Virus record (IMG/VR): IMGVR_UViG_3300031787_000075
Location: 1-64,000 of that record
Origin: a virus
DNA: 64,000 nucleotides
Strand: one strand, 5' to 3'
Position 1 is the first letter of the stretch. Each line of letters starts with the position of its first letter. Position numbers and translations under genes: made by a program. The notes beneath the pieces were generated by a model that was given only the letters and a program-made list of their open reading frames with translations, did no database searches and had not been told where the DNA came from. Of the stretch, positions 29,978 to 38,632 are shown in pieces.

Positions 29978-30391
29978 CTAAAACTCCGAATCCAAATCCA
30001 ATACATCACCGCCACCACCCAAAACACTACTAGGTATCCTCGGCAATCCACTCAACTCCTGCATAACCTCAAATGAACTCTTTACCGAAGTCTTAACCTT
30101 CTTCTCCTCCTTTGCCTTCACCACCTCAACAACCCCCTCCACACGCTCCGGTACCACTCCAAACTCTATCCCGCCAAAACTCTTTACCCTCGTCACCCTA
30201 TAACCCCTGAACTCATTCTCACCCCTACTCACCAAATTCCGCAACGTCCCCGGCCTTACCCCTGCATCCCTCGCGACATCACTCAAACTCCGGTAAACAT
30301 AAATCCTACCATCACCCAAATGCTGCAAAACCACAAACTGCTTGCCCTGGTTCCTATCACTCACCACAACCTCGCCCTTTTTAAACCCCAT
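29978..30391 (-). CDS. NUMOD1-like HTH DNA-binding protein
   Basis: YRSLSDVARDAGVRPGTLRNLV...FRGYRV. Confidence 0.5.
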   Translation of the reverse strand: MGFKKGEVVVSDRNQGKQFVVLQHLGDGRIYVYRSLSDVARDAGVRPGTLRNLVSRGENEFRGYRVTRVKSFGGIEFGVVPERVEGVVEVVKAKEEKKVKTSVKSSFEVMQELSGLPRIPSSVLGGGGDVLDLDSEF

Positions 30392-30695
30392 ATCTATTAC
30401 TATTTATTACGCAATATTACCAAATTTTGTAATAAATGACAAAAAAACAATGTTACAAAAACCATACCTTATGTAAACGTGTGGCGTGGACCTTGATGAA
30501 AATTGATCCGGTCCAAGCAAAATCGCCCGACTCGAAATCGCGGACCCCTACCCCCAGTTTCAAGGCCAAACGTGTGCAATATCGAACACGAACGCAATCA
30601 ATAGCCATCGCCTTCAAAAGCACACAAAAGCAAGTAGGGGAGGGGAGAAGCATAACCCCATAGGATGAAATCCTTCACACCATCCAAAAATATCT

Positions 30696-30723
30696 ACTTA
30701 ACATAATAATAGTTATGAGGACA
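30696..30723 (-). other. dif-like XerC/XerD recombination site
   Basis: minus strand TGTCCTCATAA-CTATTA-TTATGTTAAGT; 11-6-11 layout, XerD arm 10/11 identical to E. coli TTATGTTAAAT. Confidence 0.75.
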
Positions 30724-30893
30724 ATCTAACACCCATTAGACAGACATTGCACATTAGCGTGGAACATATTGCCAAGACAATAGCACGTTCCACGAATGAA
30801 TATCAATAACTTAGGCAGTCAAAACCCGCATTTTTTGATACCCTGATTTGCCAAATTAGGATATTTCTAGACCATTGCCTATGTTTGTTTTTT

Positions 30894-31457
30894 ATGGACA
30901 CACAGACAAATAAACCTAATGTAAAACTTCAAGTTTTGCCTCGTAAACCCTTGACAACAAATAGATTAAACCAAAAAATCCCAAAAAATTATTTCCATTT
31001 TGAGGACAACGTGCAAGAGCGTGGGGTTTTGGATGGTTTGGTTTGCCCTATTTCTTTGCTTCTGTCGTCTTCTTCTTCTGTCTATCTTTCTCAATACATC
31101 TATTTGTGGCAGGACAGCATTAAACAATCAAAAAAAGCCTATTTTGACGCGTTACCAGTTGACAAGGCAGATAAACATCACGAACTTATAAAGTCATCAT
31201 TTCAGTTTGTTTATTTCATGGCTTGTCAGCCCTTCCCTCCTACCACCTTACAACTTACTTCTTTGTATGGCAAAAAGAGTATAAATGTGGGCAGATTAGT
31301 ATTACTCCGTAAGATAGGCATAGTTTATAAGCACCAAGGCGGTGGATGGTCTTTAACCCCCAGTATTTATGCGGTTATCAAGCTAATCAATGACAATGCA
31401 ATAACCATATTCAACAATAGAATAGAACTATTGATGCAAAACGACACTATTTTGTAA
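30894..31457 (+). CDS. hypothetical protein, possible winged-helix
   Basis: RLVLLRKIGIVYKHQGGGWSLTP resembles a wHTH wing; TATGTTTG at 30880. Confidence 0.45.
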   Translation: MDTQTNKPNVKLQVLPRKPLTTNRLNQKIPKNYFHFEDNVQERGVLDGLVCPISLLLSSSSSVYLSQYIYLWQDSIKQSKKAYFDALPVDKADKHHELIKSSFQFVYFMACQPFPPTTLQLTSLYGKKSINVGRLVLLRKIGIVYKHQGGGWSLTPSIYAVIKLINDNAITIFNNRIELLMQNDTIL

Positions 31458-31536
31458 CATTTATTAAATTTATCGGCCTGATTATTAGTGTTTTGTGTTT
31501 TTATTACAAAAATATTTGTTTTTGTAATATTTAGCG

Positions 31537-31567
31537 CTTGCATAGTATAGACTATTGTCTATATTTG
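31537..31567 (+). promoter_or_regulatory. early promoter, Bacteroidota consensus
   Basis: CTTG, 19 nt, TATATTTG ahead of the long plus-strand run of small genes. Confidence 0.7.
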
Positions 31568-31587
31568 TGATACCAAAACAAAACAAT

Positions 31588-31776
31588 ATGAACACACAGA
31601 ACACAACACTTTACAAGGTTTTTAAGGTTTTCCGCAAGTCAGGCAGAAGACAAATTTTAAGAGTAAATTTAAGCCTTGAACAAGCCAAGATGCTTGTAAA
31701 CTCTTACCCTGATAGCAGCCGTTCAATGGTTTGCTTTGCCTCTCAATCTTCACATATAACCATCGTAAAAAGATAA
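31588..31776 (+). CDS. early hypothetical protein
   Basis: ATG 31588 after the promoter; LSLEQAK motif. Confidence 0.6.
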   Translation: MNTQNTTLYKVFKVFRKSGRRQILRVNLSLEQAKMLVNSYPDSSRSMVCFASQSSHITIVKR

Positions 31777-31781
31777 TTATC

Positions 31782-31934
31782 ATGAAAATGAGAACTATAT
31801 TTTCATCCGTTGCTGCCGCGTTGATGCTAGCAATGGCAATGGTTAGCGGTGAATCATTTTTTTTATTTCCCGTTGTACTTAGCGTTGGCGTTGCTGCCTT
31901 ATTTATTCACGAAGATACACATAAGGAGGCATAA
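31782..31934 (+). CDS. small two-TM membrane protein
   Basis: 50 aa with two hydrophobic segments. Confidence 0.55.
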   Translation: MKMRTIFSSVAAALMLAMAMVSGESFFLFPVVLSVGVAALFIHEDTHKEA

Positions 31935-31936
31935 GC

Positions 31937-32515
31937 ATGAAAGCAACTAAAGAACTAAGAGAACGCGCTGAAAGCTACGGAACAGCGCATTTATCAGACA
32001 TTGAACTTGCCGCGCTTATTGGTTACAAACCAAAGCCAAATGAAGCCCTTGTATCTTCTGAATTTATTAAACACGTTCATGAACTTTCTAACAGATTTAG
32101 AGCGGCAGATTTTGACCTTGCTATGAAGGTGCAATCTTCAAGGCAGCTATTTGATTACATTACCACGCGCCACACCCTTCAAAACTTATTTGTTGAGCAT
32201 TTCTATGTTATTGCCTTAAATCGTCAAAATAAAGTCATTAAAAGCATTAAAATAAGTGAGGGCGGTTTGGATGCTTGCCTTGTTGACCCTAGAGTAATTT
32301 TCACGCAATTATTGAGCATTAAAGGATGCACCACTTTTGCCCTATTTCACAATCACCCAAGCGGCAATTTAACACCAAGCCAACAAGACATCAACATTAC
32401 TAAGAAGCTAAAGGAAGGCGGCAAATTGCTAGACCTTCACTTATTAGACCACATCATTATTGGAGGCAATAATTTTAATACTTATTTATCACTAGGGGAT
32501 GAAGGCCATTTGTAA
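31937..32515 (+). CDS. radC: RadC-family JAB domain protein
   Basis: LSDIEL, EHFYVIALN, VDPRVIF, HNHPSG...PSQQD, LLDHIII. Confidence 0.92.
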   Translation: MKATKELRERAESYGTAHLSDIELAALIGYKPKPNEALVSSEFIKHVHELSNRFRAADFDLAMKVQSSRQLFDYITTRHTLQNLFVEHFYVIALNRQNKVIKSIKISEGGLDACLVDPRVIFTQLLSIKGCTTFALFHNHPSGNLTPSQQDINITKKLKEGGKLLDLHLLDHIIIGGNNFNTYLSLGDEGHL

Positions 32516-32540
32516 GCCTTCCCCCACAAATAAACCGATT

Positions 32541-32996
32541 ATGAACACATTTTTTGTAGTTGACATAGCAAATTATAGGGGTTGGATAGAAACCACTATA
32601 AACACAGACAAGGCAATAACCGACAACTTGAATAATTGCCTTGTGTCGTGGATGGATGGTATGACCTTCGAGCAATACCAAGCCAAACATGGCGGCAAAT
32701 TATCTATTATCACGCAGGAGGAATACGCTGCAATGAGAGCAAAGTATGTTTTAGCCCTTCAGGAAGATTTTAATGAGATTAGCCTAGATAAGTATTATGA
32801 GGCATTAAATTGTTTGCCTCCGTTAAGATTTACCTCACAATATGGCAAAGAAATGTTTTTTATTGGAGAGTGCTATACAGACAATTTATACCAATGCTAT
32901 GTAAAAATAGCCGACAAATGTTATACCGCGCTTCGCGCCATCAACACACCTAGAACCGATATTTTTAACCTTAAATCAATCAATCATGGAAGTTAA
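32541..32996 (+). CDS. hypothetical protein, DUF1419-like
   Basis: EIS..KYYEALNCLPP...FFIGE motif. Confidence 0.6.
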   Translation: MNTFFVVDIANYRGWIETTINTDKAITDNLNNCLVSWMDGMTFEQYQAKHGGKLSIITQEEYAAMRAKYVLALQEDFNEISLDKYYEALNCLPPLRFTSQYGKEMFFIGECYTDNLYQCYVKIADKCYTALRAINTPRTDIFNLKSINHGS

Positions 32997-33309
32997 TCAA
33001 TTAGTAAAGGACTTTGTAAGCACCTTAAAACAAGCTAGTGAACATCAAGGCATCGAATATGATTTTGATGAATCCAAGGCATTTTTTATGAGTACCTATA
33101 AGGAAGAAATTCCTAAGATTATGGAGGTAATGAGAACAGACATGGAGGCAGCTAATTTGTTTGGGCAGGACCTTCAAAAAATGATTAAACAAGGCAAGCA
33201 ATTGCCTGCCTTGGTATCAGCAGCAGGCCAAATATCCTATAAGGCCGCAGTTTGTGAATATGTAAATAGATTTTTAGCCACACAAAAGAAAGAGGAGGTA
33301 ACAGCATGA
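32986..33309 (+). CDS. hypothetical protein
   Basis: coupled ORF in the early run. Confidence 0.6.
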   Translation: MEVNQLVKDFVSTLKQASEHQGIEYDFDESKAFFMSTYKEEIPKIMEVMRTDMEAANLFGQDLQKMIKQGKQLPALVSAAGQISYKAAVCEYVNRFLATQKKEEVTA

Positions 33310-33689
33310 GTACATTATTTAATCAGTTAGTATGGCCAAGGGGTGGAAATGTTCCACCCTCCATTGTGTTTCATGAAGACGCGGGGCATGGATGGCTTCA
33401 AGTTCCTAGGCATTTATTAGAATCATTGGAAATAGCGGAAAAAATATCGGGTTATTCTTATAGTGACCTTGATAATGGATATCTAGAGGAAGATTGTGAC
33501 CTATTTTTATTTATTCAAGCCCTAGAGGCCAAATATGGATTAACAAGAGAAGAATCCATAAGATTTTTCAACGATATACCGAAAGAGTATTCAGAAAGAA
33601 GCAAGGTAAGGAGATTAAACCACTACCAATACAAGAAAACCACGACAAAAAATCAATTCAGTAATAACCAACAATTATCTTTTTTATGA
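33306..33689 (+). CDS. conserved phage early protein (DxGHGWL...YSY...YLEEDCD family)
   Basis: motifs FHEDAGHGWLQV, ISGYSY, YLEEDCD. Confidence 0.7.
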   Translation: MSTLFNQLVWPRGGNVPPSIVFHEDAGHGWLQVPRHLLESLEIAEKISGYSYSDLDNGYLEEDCDLFLFIQALEAKYGLTREESIRFFNDIPKEYSERSKVRRLNHYQYKKTTTKNQFSNNQQLSFL

Positions 33690-34015
33690 TTATAAGATTA
33701 ACAGACAGCCGAGGCAGTTTATTTGCCCAAGTAGCAAGTTTTGAGGCCGCAAATTTAGCAGCCCGCGCAATTTGGAAGCGCGACAAATGGAGTGACATAC
33801 ACTATTTTATTGAATTTGATGATTTACAAGAAACTCATGGCTCAATAGATATTGAACCGCATGATTTTTTTGCTCGTAATCAAAGGCAAATTATTACTTG
33901 GCATCTTAAGACCTTTTGGGGCAATATCGTGAAGCATGGGGCAAATTTGCCCTATTCTATAAGTTCAGAAGACATTTCTTTTTTCAAATTTTTACTTACC
34001 AAATTACCTAATTAA
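33686..34015 (+). CDS. hypothetical protein
   Basis: ATGA-coupled ORF. Confidence 0.6.
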   Translation: MIIRLTDSRGSLFAQVASFEAANLAARAIWKRDKWSDIHYFIEFDDLQETHGSIDIEPHDFFARNQRQIITWHLKTFWGNIVKHGANLPYSISSEDISFFKFLLTKLPN

Positions 34016-34016
34016 T

Positions 34017-34592
34017 ATGAAACCAAATTTCACTAGCGCAGGCATTGATACTGCAACCAAAGTAATGGCACTAATGGCAATGAAACAAACCATTGCTGAA
34101 AAGTACACTAATTTACAATCACAAGTTTTAGAGCAGTTGAAACTTGAACCTAGCGAGGCAAGAGTTGAGAAGCTAAGAGGCAGGGGGGTAGAAATACCTC
34201 CATATTGCACAAAAGAGGAGCATCTTTATTTACTAGAAATGGGCACAGATAAGGAAGGAAATTGTTTGCCTCACCTTCCAATAGCCAAATATTACAGCGA
34301 GATGGACAGAAGAGCGAAAGATATTGGTTTTATTAATGGGGTCAACGCGGTGGCGCAAGTGGATCATGAATTGAGATTAGCAAAGGTTAGTTTATTTCAG
34401 CACACACAAAATTTAGAAGGTATGCCCAATTTAGAATGGGACAAACTAACCGCATCACCTAAGTTTTACGACTCTTATTTTGAACTCACCCTCAAACTAT
34501 ATGCACCATTGGTTAAAGTTAATCAAAACCTTAAGTTAATAGAAAAAGAGGTTTTTAAATCACATATTCAACCATCATTTGTAACTAACTAA
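34017..34592 (+). CDS. hypothetical protein
   Basis: 191 aa ORF in the early run. Confidence 0.65.
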   Translation: MKPNFTSAGIDTATKVMALMAMKQTIAEKYTNLQSQVLEQLKLEPSEARVEKLRGRGVEIPPYCTKEEHLYLLEMGTDKEGNCLPHLPIAKYYSEMDRRAKDIGFINGVNAVAQVDHELRLAKVSLFQHTQNLEGMPNLEWDKLTASPKFYDSYFELTLKLYAPLVKVNQNLKLIEKEVFKSHIQPSFVTN

Positions 34593-34598
34593 AACATT

Positions 34599-34641
34599 GT
34601 TTTGTGTTGCCTAGCCCTTTGATGGGCGGGCAGCGCAGAAC
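34599..34641 (+). other. long GU-rich RNA hairpin without U-tract
   Basis: GTTTTGTGTTGCCT-A-GCCC-TTTGAT-GGGC-GGGCAGCGCAGAAC. Confidence 0.6.
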
Positions 34642-34657
34642 CTAATTAAGACACATC

Positions 34658-34876
34658 ATGAAGCACAAAACATTAGCAGCCAAAGAAAGGCATTTGAACC
34701 AACTATATGCAGACATTTTTAGTCAAGAGCAGGCAGTTGAACACTTTATTTATTTAACCAATAAAAGCCGCGGCAATTACACTACCGAGGCTAATATTCG
34801 CAAGCACCACACAAACCATACACTTGGTACTCTTTTACGCAAGTATGACCCAATAGCTTTTAATACAGCAGACTAA
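34658..34876 (+). CDS. hypothetical protein
   Basis: C-terminal LLRKYDPIAFN motif. Confidence 0.65.
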   Translation: MKHKTLAAKERHLNQLYADIFSQEQAVEHFIYLTNKSRGNYTTEANIRKHHTNHTLGTLLRKYDPIAFNTAD

Positions 34877-34891
34877 ATAATATACAATCAC

Positions 34892-35581
34892 ATGGAAAGA
34901 ATTAAATTAACCCAAGACTTCGCCTGGTTTTCGCTAACCGAAAAAGAGGCCATTAAACTATTTGCCCTAGACTTTGAAATCTATTCAATCACAGATGGGG
35001 TGGATTCGCTTATTAAGACATTCAATGACCTTGATAATGCAATACAGACAGCGGATTATATTGCCTTAGAATGTGGCCATATAGCAGCGTTTAAATTGTT
35101 TCAACAAGAAGATTTTGAGTCACACTATGAATTTGTTGCAATGCTAGAAGGGCTTGAAAATTACCCTGAATCATTGGAAAGCACACCCGATAGATGGGAA
35201 TTTAGCAAGAAATTAACATTTGAGTTTAATGAGCAGCATAAAGAAACAAATTGGGGCACAGAACTAGACTATTTTGATGAACTAGAAAAGTTTTTTGATG
35301 CCAAAATTAAAGAGTTAAGCAATCCCCCTGCCACACCCGAAACCAATCAACCCACAGCTACTAAATTTTATTTGTTTGGGGGTGAGGCTTGCAGGCTTAT
35401 TGAGGAAGATGGTATTGATAGTCTTAAAAATGCAGACTTTGAAACCTATATGTTTAATCCAATGATTGACAATCCAAATGATTTACTAGCTAAATTCGAT
35501 GGATGGGAGGCATGGCGCGAAATAACAGAAGAGGAATTTTTGAAGCTAATGAACAAAGACTCTCAAAATGGAAGCAACTAA
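34892..35581 (+). CDS. acidic multi-domain hypothetical protein
   Basis: 229 aa, strongly Asp/Glu-rich. Confidence 0.65.
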   Translation: MERIKLTQDFAWFSLTEKEAIKLFALDFEIYSITDGVDSLIKTFNDLDNAIQTADYIALECGHIAAFKLFQQEDFESHYEFVAMLEGLENYPESLESTPDRWEFSKKLTFEFNEQHKETNWGTELDYFDELEKFFDAKIKELSNPPATPETNQPTATKFYLFGGEACRLIEEDGIDSLKNADFETYMFNPMIDNPNDLLAKFDGWEAWREITEEEFLKLMNKDSQNGSN

Positions 35582-35765
35582 TCTAACCTGCCAATTATCG
35601 GTATTGGCAAAACAACCTAAAACCTATGCAGTAAAACAAATACTGCATAAGTCATTGATACCGAAATCAGCGCGATATATTGATACAATCTATATCAATA
35701 ACTATGCGCAGGATATTTACAAGACCCCTAACAACATTTTTTACGCAACCAACCCAAAATACTAA
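35568..35765 (+). CDS. hypothetical protein
   Basis: coupled ORF. Confidence 0.5.
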   Translation: MEATNLTCQLSVLAKQPKTYAVKQILHKSLIPKSARYIDTIYINNYAQDIYKTPNNIFYATNPKY

Positions 35766-35767
35766 TT

Positions 35768-36148
35768 ATGAACACAAACGAGTTTATTTTAATCAACTAC
35801 AATCTAGGTATGAAAAATGCCTTTATTGTGCAGGATGAAGCCAAAAGTGGCAACCTTGTATTCGCAAATTATGTGGCAGCCACCAACAAGGCGGCAAAAA
35901 TAAATGCCACAACTTACCCATCATTTGAGATTTTTGGCTTGGCAGATGTTAAGCAGTTTTTCAAGTGGCTACTGGAGGAAAAAATCAGTTTCCATCCCGA
36001 TGATGATTTTAAAGAGTATGGTTTAGATTGGCAAGCGGGGGAATTGTTCAACGCGTTAATGGAATCCTGCTATATTATTTGCGAAGAACACGAAGTTGAT
36101 ATATACGAACTAGCTATGCAGTGCATAGAGGAGGTGGAAAATGCCTAA
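35768..36148 (+). CDS. hypothetical protein
   Basis: FHPDDDFKEY motif. Confidence 0.6.
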   Translation: MNTNEFILINYNLGMKNAFIVQDEAKSGNLVFANYVAATNKAAKINATTYPSFEIFGLADVKQFFKWLLEEKISFHPDDDFKEYGLDWQAGELFNALMESCYIICEEHEVDIYELAMQCIEEVENA

Positions 36149-36653
36149 TTGGTGTATTAATTTTGTTTCTTTCAGGTTTGAGAACCAAGAGAAAGCAACC
36201 TCACTTTATGACAAATTTTATGCTTTACAATCGTCAGATAAAGGAGAAGTTCCCGAAAATTGTCAATGCGTGGATGGGTATCTGTTTGATGTTGTTGTAG
36301 CAGACCAAGGTATTTTTCAGGTCGCTAATGAAACCAGCTTTGAGTTTGGTATTGTATTTTCAAGTCGATGGGCACCAATCAATGAAACCCTAATAAATAT
36401 TGCCAAAACTTATGATGCCATTGGCTTCGAGTGCGAATATTCTGAAACTGGCAATATGGTTTATGGCAAGTTTTTTTATGATACTGCCACAGATAATACA
36501 CTAGACCAACCATTGAGCGATGATGATTTTGATAAGTATGTTTGGAATGAAGAAACCGAAAATTACACCTACAATGGTGTTATTTACGAATCAGACGAAG
36601 AAATCCTTGAACTAATTCACGCAGAAAAATATCCTAATTTCTTTAAATCATGA
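36141..36653 (+). CDS. Api92/YubB (DUF1281-like) ferredoxin-fold protein
   Basis: MPNWCIN start, FSSRWAP, YSETG...G. Confidence 0.7.
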   Translation: MPNWCINFVSFRFENQEKATSLYDKFYALQSSDKGEVPENCQCVDGYLFDVVVADQGIFQVANETSFEFGIVFSSRWAPINETLINIAKTYDAIGFECEYSETGNMVYGKFFYDTATDNTLDQPLSDDDFDKYVWNEETENYTYNGVIYESDEEILELIHAEKYPNFFKS

Positions 36654-36775
36654 GAGTACAACCATTTCAACCTCTTGGGGTAAGAGTTAAGCCTAGGAAG
36701 GCTAAAATCAACAAGAAACAAAAATTAGAGGCAGTATTCGCCAAAATCGTTAAACCAATTAAACCCAATGACTAA
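36650..36775 (+). CDS. 41-aa basic peptide (not in ORF track)
   Basis: MRVQPFQPLGVRVKPRKAKINKKQKLEAVFAKIVKPIKPND; overlaps both neighbours. Confidence 0.55.
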   Translation: MRVQPFQPLGVRVKPRKAKINKKQKLEAVFAKIVKPIKPND

Positions 36776-36962
36776 CAGAATTTATTACATTGCCATTGCC
36801 TGCATGATTGTAGGCTTTGGCTTTACCCCTAACCAGCTCGCGATTAAAACCGCTTTTTTTGGCATGGTTTCATTCGCTTTAACAGCGCTTTATGAAATCA
36901 TAGTCATAATCATTCAAAACTTTAACAAACCACCTAAAAACAATGGAAATTACAAATTTTAA
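36768..36962 (+). CDS. small two-TM membrane protein
   Basis: two hydrophobic segments. Confidence 0.55.
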   Translation: MTNRIYYIAIACMIVGFGFTPNQLAIKTAFFGMVSFALTALYEIIVIIIQNFNKPPKNNGNYKF

Positions 36963-37110
36963 AATCGAACACCCATTTGCTTATTGGGTGGCACTCATTT
37001 TTTGTTCCATAGCTATTATTGGCATAGTATTGCTAGTATTAGCTGTGGCAGCATCATTTATTTATGAAGATATTGAAAATGAAGAGGAGGATCAATGGCC
37101 AAAGAGTTGA
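36943..37110 (+). CDS. 55-aa single-TM protein (not in ORF track)
   Basis: MEITNFKIEHPFAYWVALIFCSIAIIGIVLLVLAVAASFIYEDIENEEEDQWPKS. Confidence 0.6.
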   Translation: MEITNFKIEHPFAYWVALIFCSIAIIGIVLLVLAVAASFIYEDIENEEEDQWPKS

Positions 37111-37232
37111 TTATCCCGCTCACCCTTTTGTTTTTCTATATCTTATTTACTTGGGCGCAACCTCCAAAAGCAACCAAGCCCAAAGAATCAAAACCAAGTT
37201 CAAAACCAAAAAAATCAAAACACAAATGTTGA
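37095..37232 (+). CDS. 45-aa TM peptide with Lys/Pro tail (not in ORF track)
   Basis: MAKELIIPLTLLFFYILFTWAQPPKATKPKESKPSSKPKKSKHKC. Confidence 0.5.
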   Translation: MAKELIIPLTLLFFYILFTWAQPPKATKPKESKPSSKPKKSKHKC

Positions 37233-37684
37233 AATACACAGATTTACAGCCTAACAAATTCTATACGATGATAGGCACAAACATGATGGCCGTAACGGTG
37301 GCTCAAACCATTCAGTTCATTAAAATTAGTGAGGCAGGCAGCATAATTTTCAAAAGGATTGAAAAGACCGGCTTAAGCAAGCAGTTATACACGCTACCAC
37401 CCAACAAGTATGAGTATTTGGATGGCAGCAAGACCAGTATTGGTATATGGACAGATGCAGAAATACCTTGCCACAGCGGATACATAACATTTCGAGGCGA
37501 CAACAACATTAATATTTGCGCCAAAGCAAGTGATGTCGATAAAGTTAAAGCTATCCTAGAGCAGGGGTTGAGCGAAGACTACAAGTCTAGGGTGTGCTTG
37601 TTTGTCATAGATGAAAAAACCAATACCAGATCAGATGAAGGAGAAATGATTTTTGATACCGAAAACCAATTAATTTACAAGTAA
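37226..37684 (+). CDS. hypothetical protein
   Basis: ATG 37226 preferred over 37064 because small ORFs occupy the upstream part. Confidence 0.6.
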   Translation: MLKYTDLQPNKFYTMIGTNMMAVTVAQTIQFIKISEAGSIIFKRIEKTGLSKQLYTLPPNKYEYLDGSKTSIGIWTDAEIPCHSGYITFRGDNNINICAKASDVDKVKAILEQGLSEDYKSRVCLFVIDEKTNTRSDEGEMIFDTENQLIYK

Positions 37685-37911
37685 TGGCAACATACATTCA
37701 AGACTTAAACATTAAATTAGCTTTTCATCCCGATGGGAAAAAAGCACAGCTATTCGTTCCAGAATCTTTGACCAAAGAGTTTCCAGCTCTCACCCCTCAT
37801 GTGTTTGTTTTGTCAGACAAAGAGTTTAATGGCCCATATTGTCGCGACATAATTGAACACAGATTGTCTAACTTTTACAAAACCGAAGAAGAGGAGGTTA
37901 GTAATGGCTAA
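37684..37911 (+). CDS. hypothetical protein
   Basis: TAATG-coupled. Confidence 0.6.
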   Translation: MATYIQDLNIKLAFHPDGKKAQLFVPESLTKEFPALTPHVFVLSDKEFNGPYCRDIIEHRLSNFYKTEEEEVSNG

Positions 37912-38125
37912 GACTTTCACTAAATGGTACAACAATCTGCCTGCCTCCAAACAAAAGGAGGCAAGGCAGTTCATGACCACCATCATGGGCAGAAGCACCA
38001 TGTATAAAGTTATAGGCGAAGAGTTCAGCCCTTCGCCTGATAGATGCCAAAAAATAGCAGATTACGCTAGAGTACAAATTAGTTTTAACGACATAATTTA
38101 TTCGCCAAATGATACAATTCAGTAG
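37904..38125 (+). CDS. XRE/Cro-like HTH protein
   Basis: MGRSTMYKVI....SPSPDRCQKIADY. Confidence 0.55.
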   Translation: MAKTFTKWYNNLPASKQKEARQFMTTIMGRSTMYKVIGEEFSPSPDRCQKIADYARVQISFNDIIYSPNDTIQ

Positions 38126-38297
38126 GACCAGTCTTGCAGATGCCATGCTGCATTTAATTTATTTGAAAAAAAGTTTTGCCACCTATAAAATAATAGGAGG
38201 CAATTATGTTTTTAGGGCATTTTGCAGCAAGGAAGACAGAGATAAATCTATTTCTAACACCCAAGATGTATTAGTATTAATCGACATTAAGTATTAG
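38109..38297 (+). CDS. hypothetical protein
   Basis: coupled ORF. Confidence 0.45.
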   Translation: MIQFSRTSLADAMLHLIYLKKSFATYKIIGGNYVFRAFCSKEDRDKSISNTQDVLVLIDIKY

Positions 38298-38299
38298 GT

Positions 38300-38632
38300 A
38301 TGGCAAAATTCACCAAAAAAAAGAAGGTAGAGGCAGCTAATTTGCAGATAGTGTATATTCATGCCTTATGCAAGGCCATCCACCACTCAATTAAGCTTCC
38401 AAAAGAAAATATTGGCTTAATCGGTACTGCCGAGGAGAAGGAGGCCATAAATCAACTATCTGCCAAAGTAAATTATTTTATCAAGACCTATGATAAGATA
38501 TTTGAGCAAGACCTTATGGCAAAGAAATATGTCATGGGCAATTTTAATAGCATAGACGAATTTTCGATGCAAATACTAGAACAAGTAGAATTAATTTTAT
38601 CCAAACCACATCATGAACAAAACAAACACTAG
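38300..38632 (+). CDS. hypothetical protein
   Basis: ORF in the early run. Confidence 0.6.
   Translation: MAKFTKKKKVEAANLQIVYIHALCKAIHHSIKLPKENIGLIGTAEEKEAINQLSAKVNYFIKTYDKIFEQDLMAKKYVMGNFNSIDEFSMQILEQVELILSKPHHEQNKH

Noticed and set aside
30436-30663. Opposing ORFs 30436-30663 (+) and 30453-30653 (-)
   Set aside because: Short, no motifs, atypical composition; the region looks like a non-coding terminus
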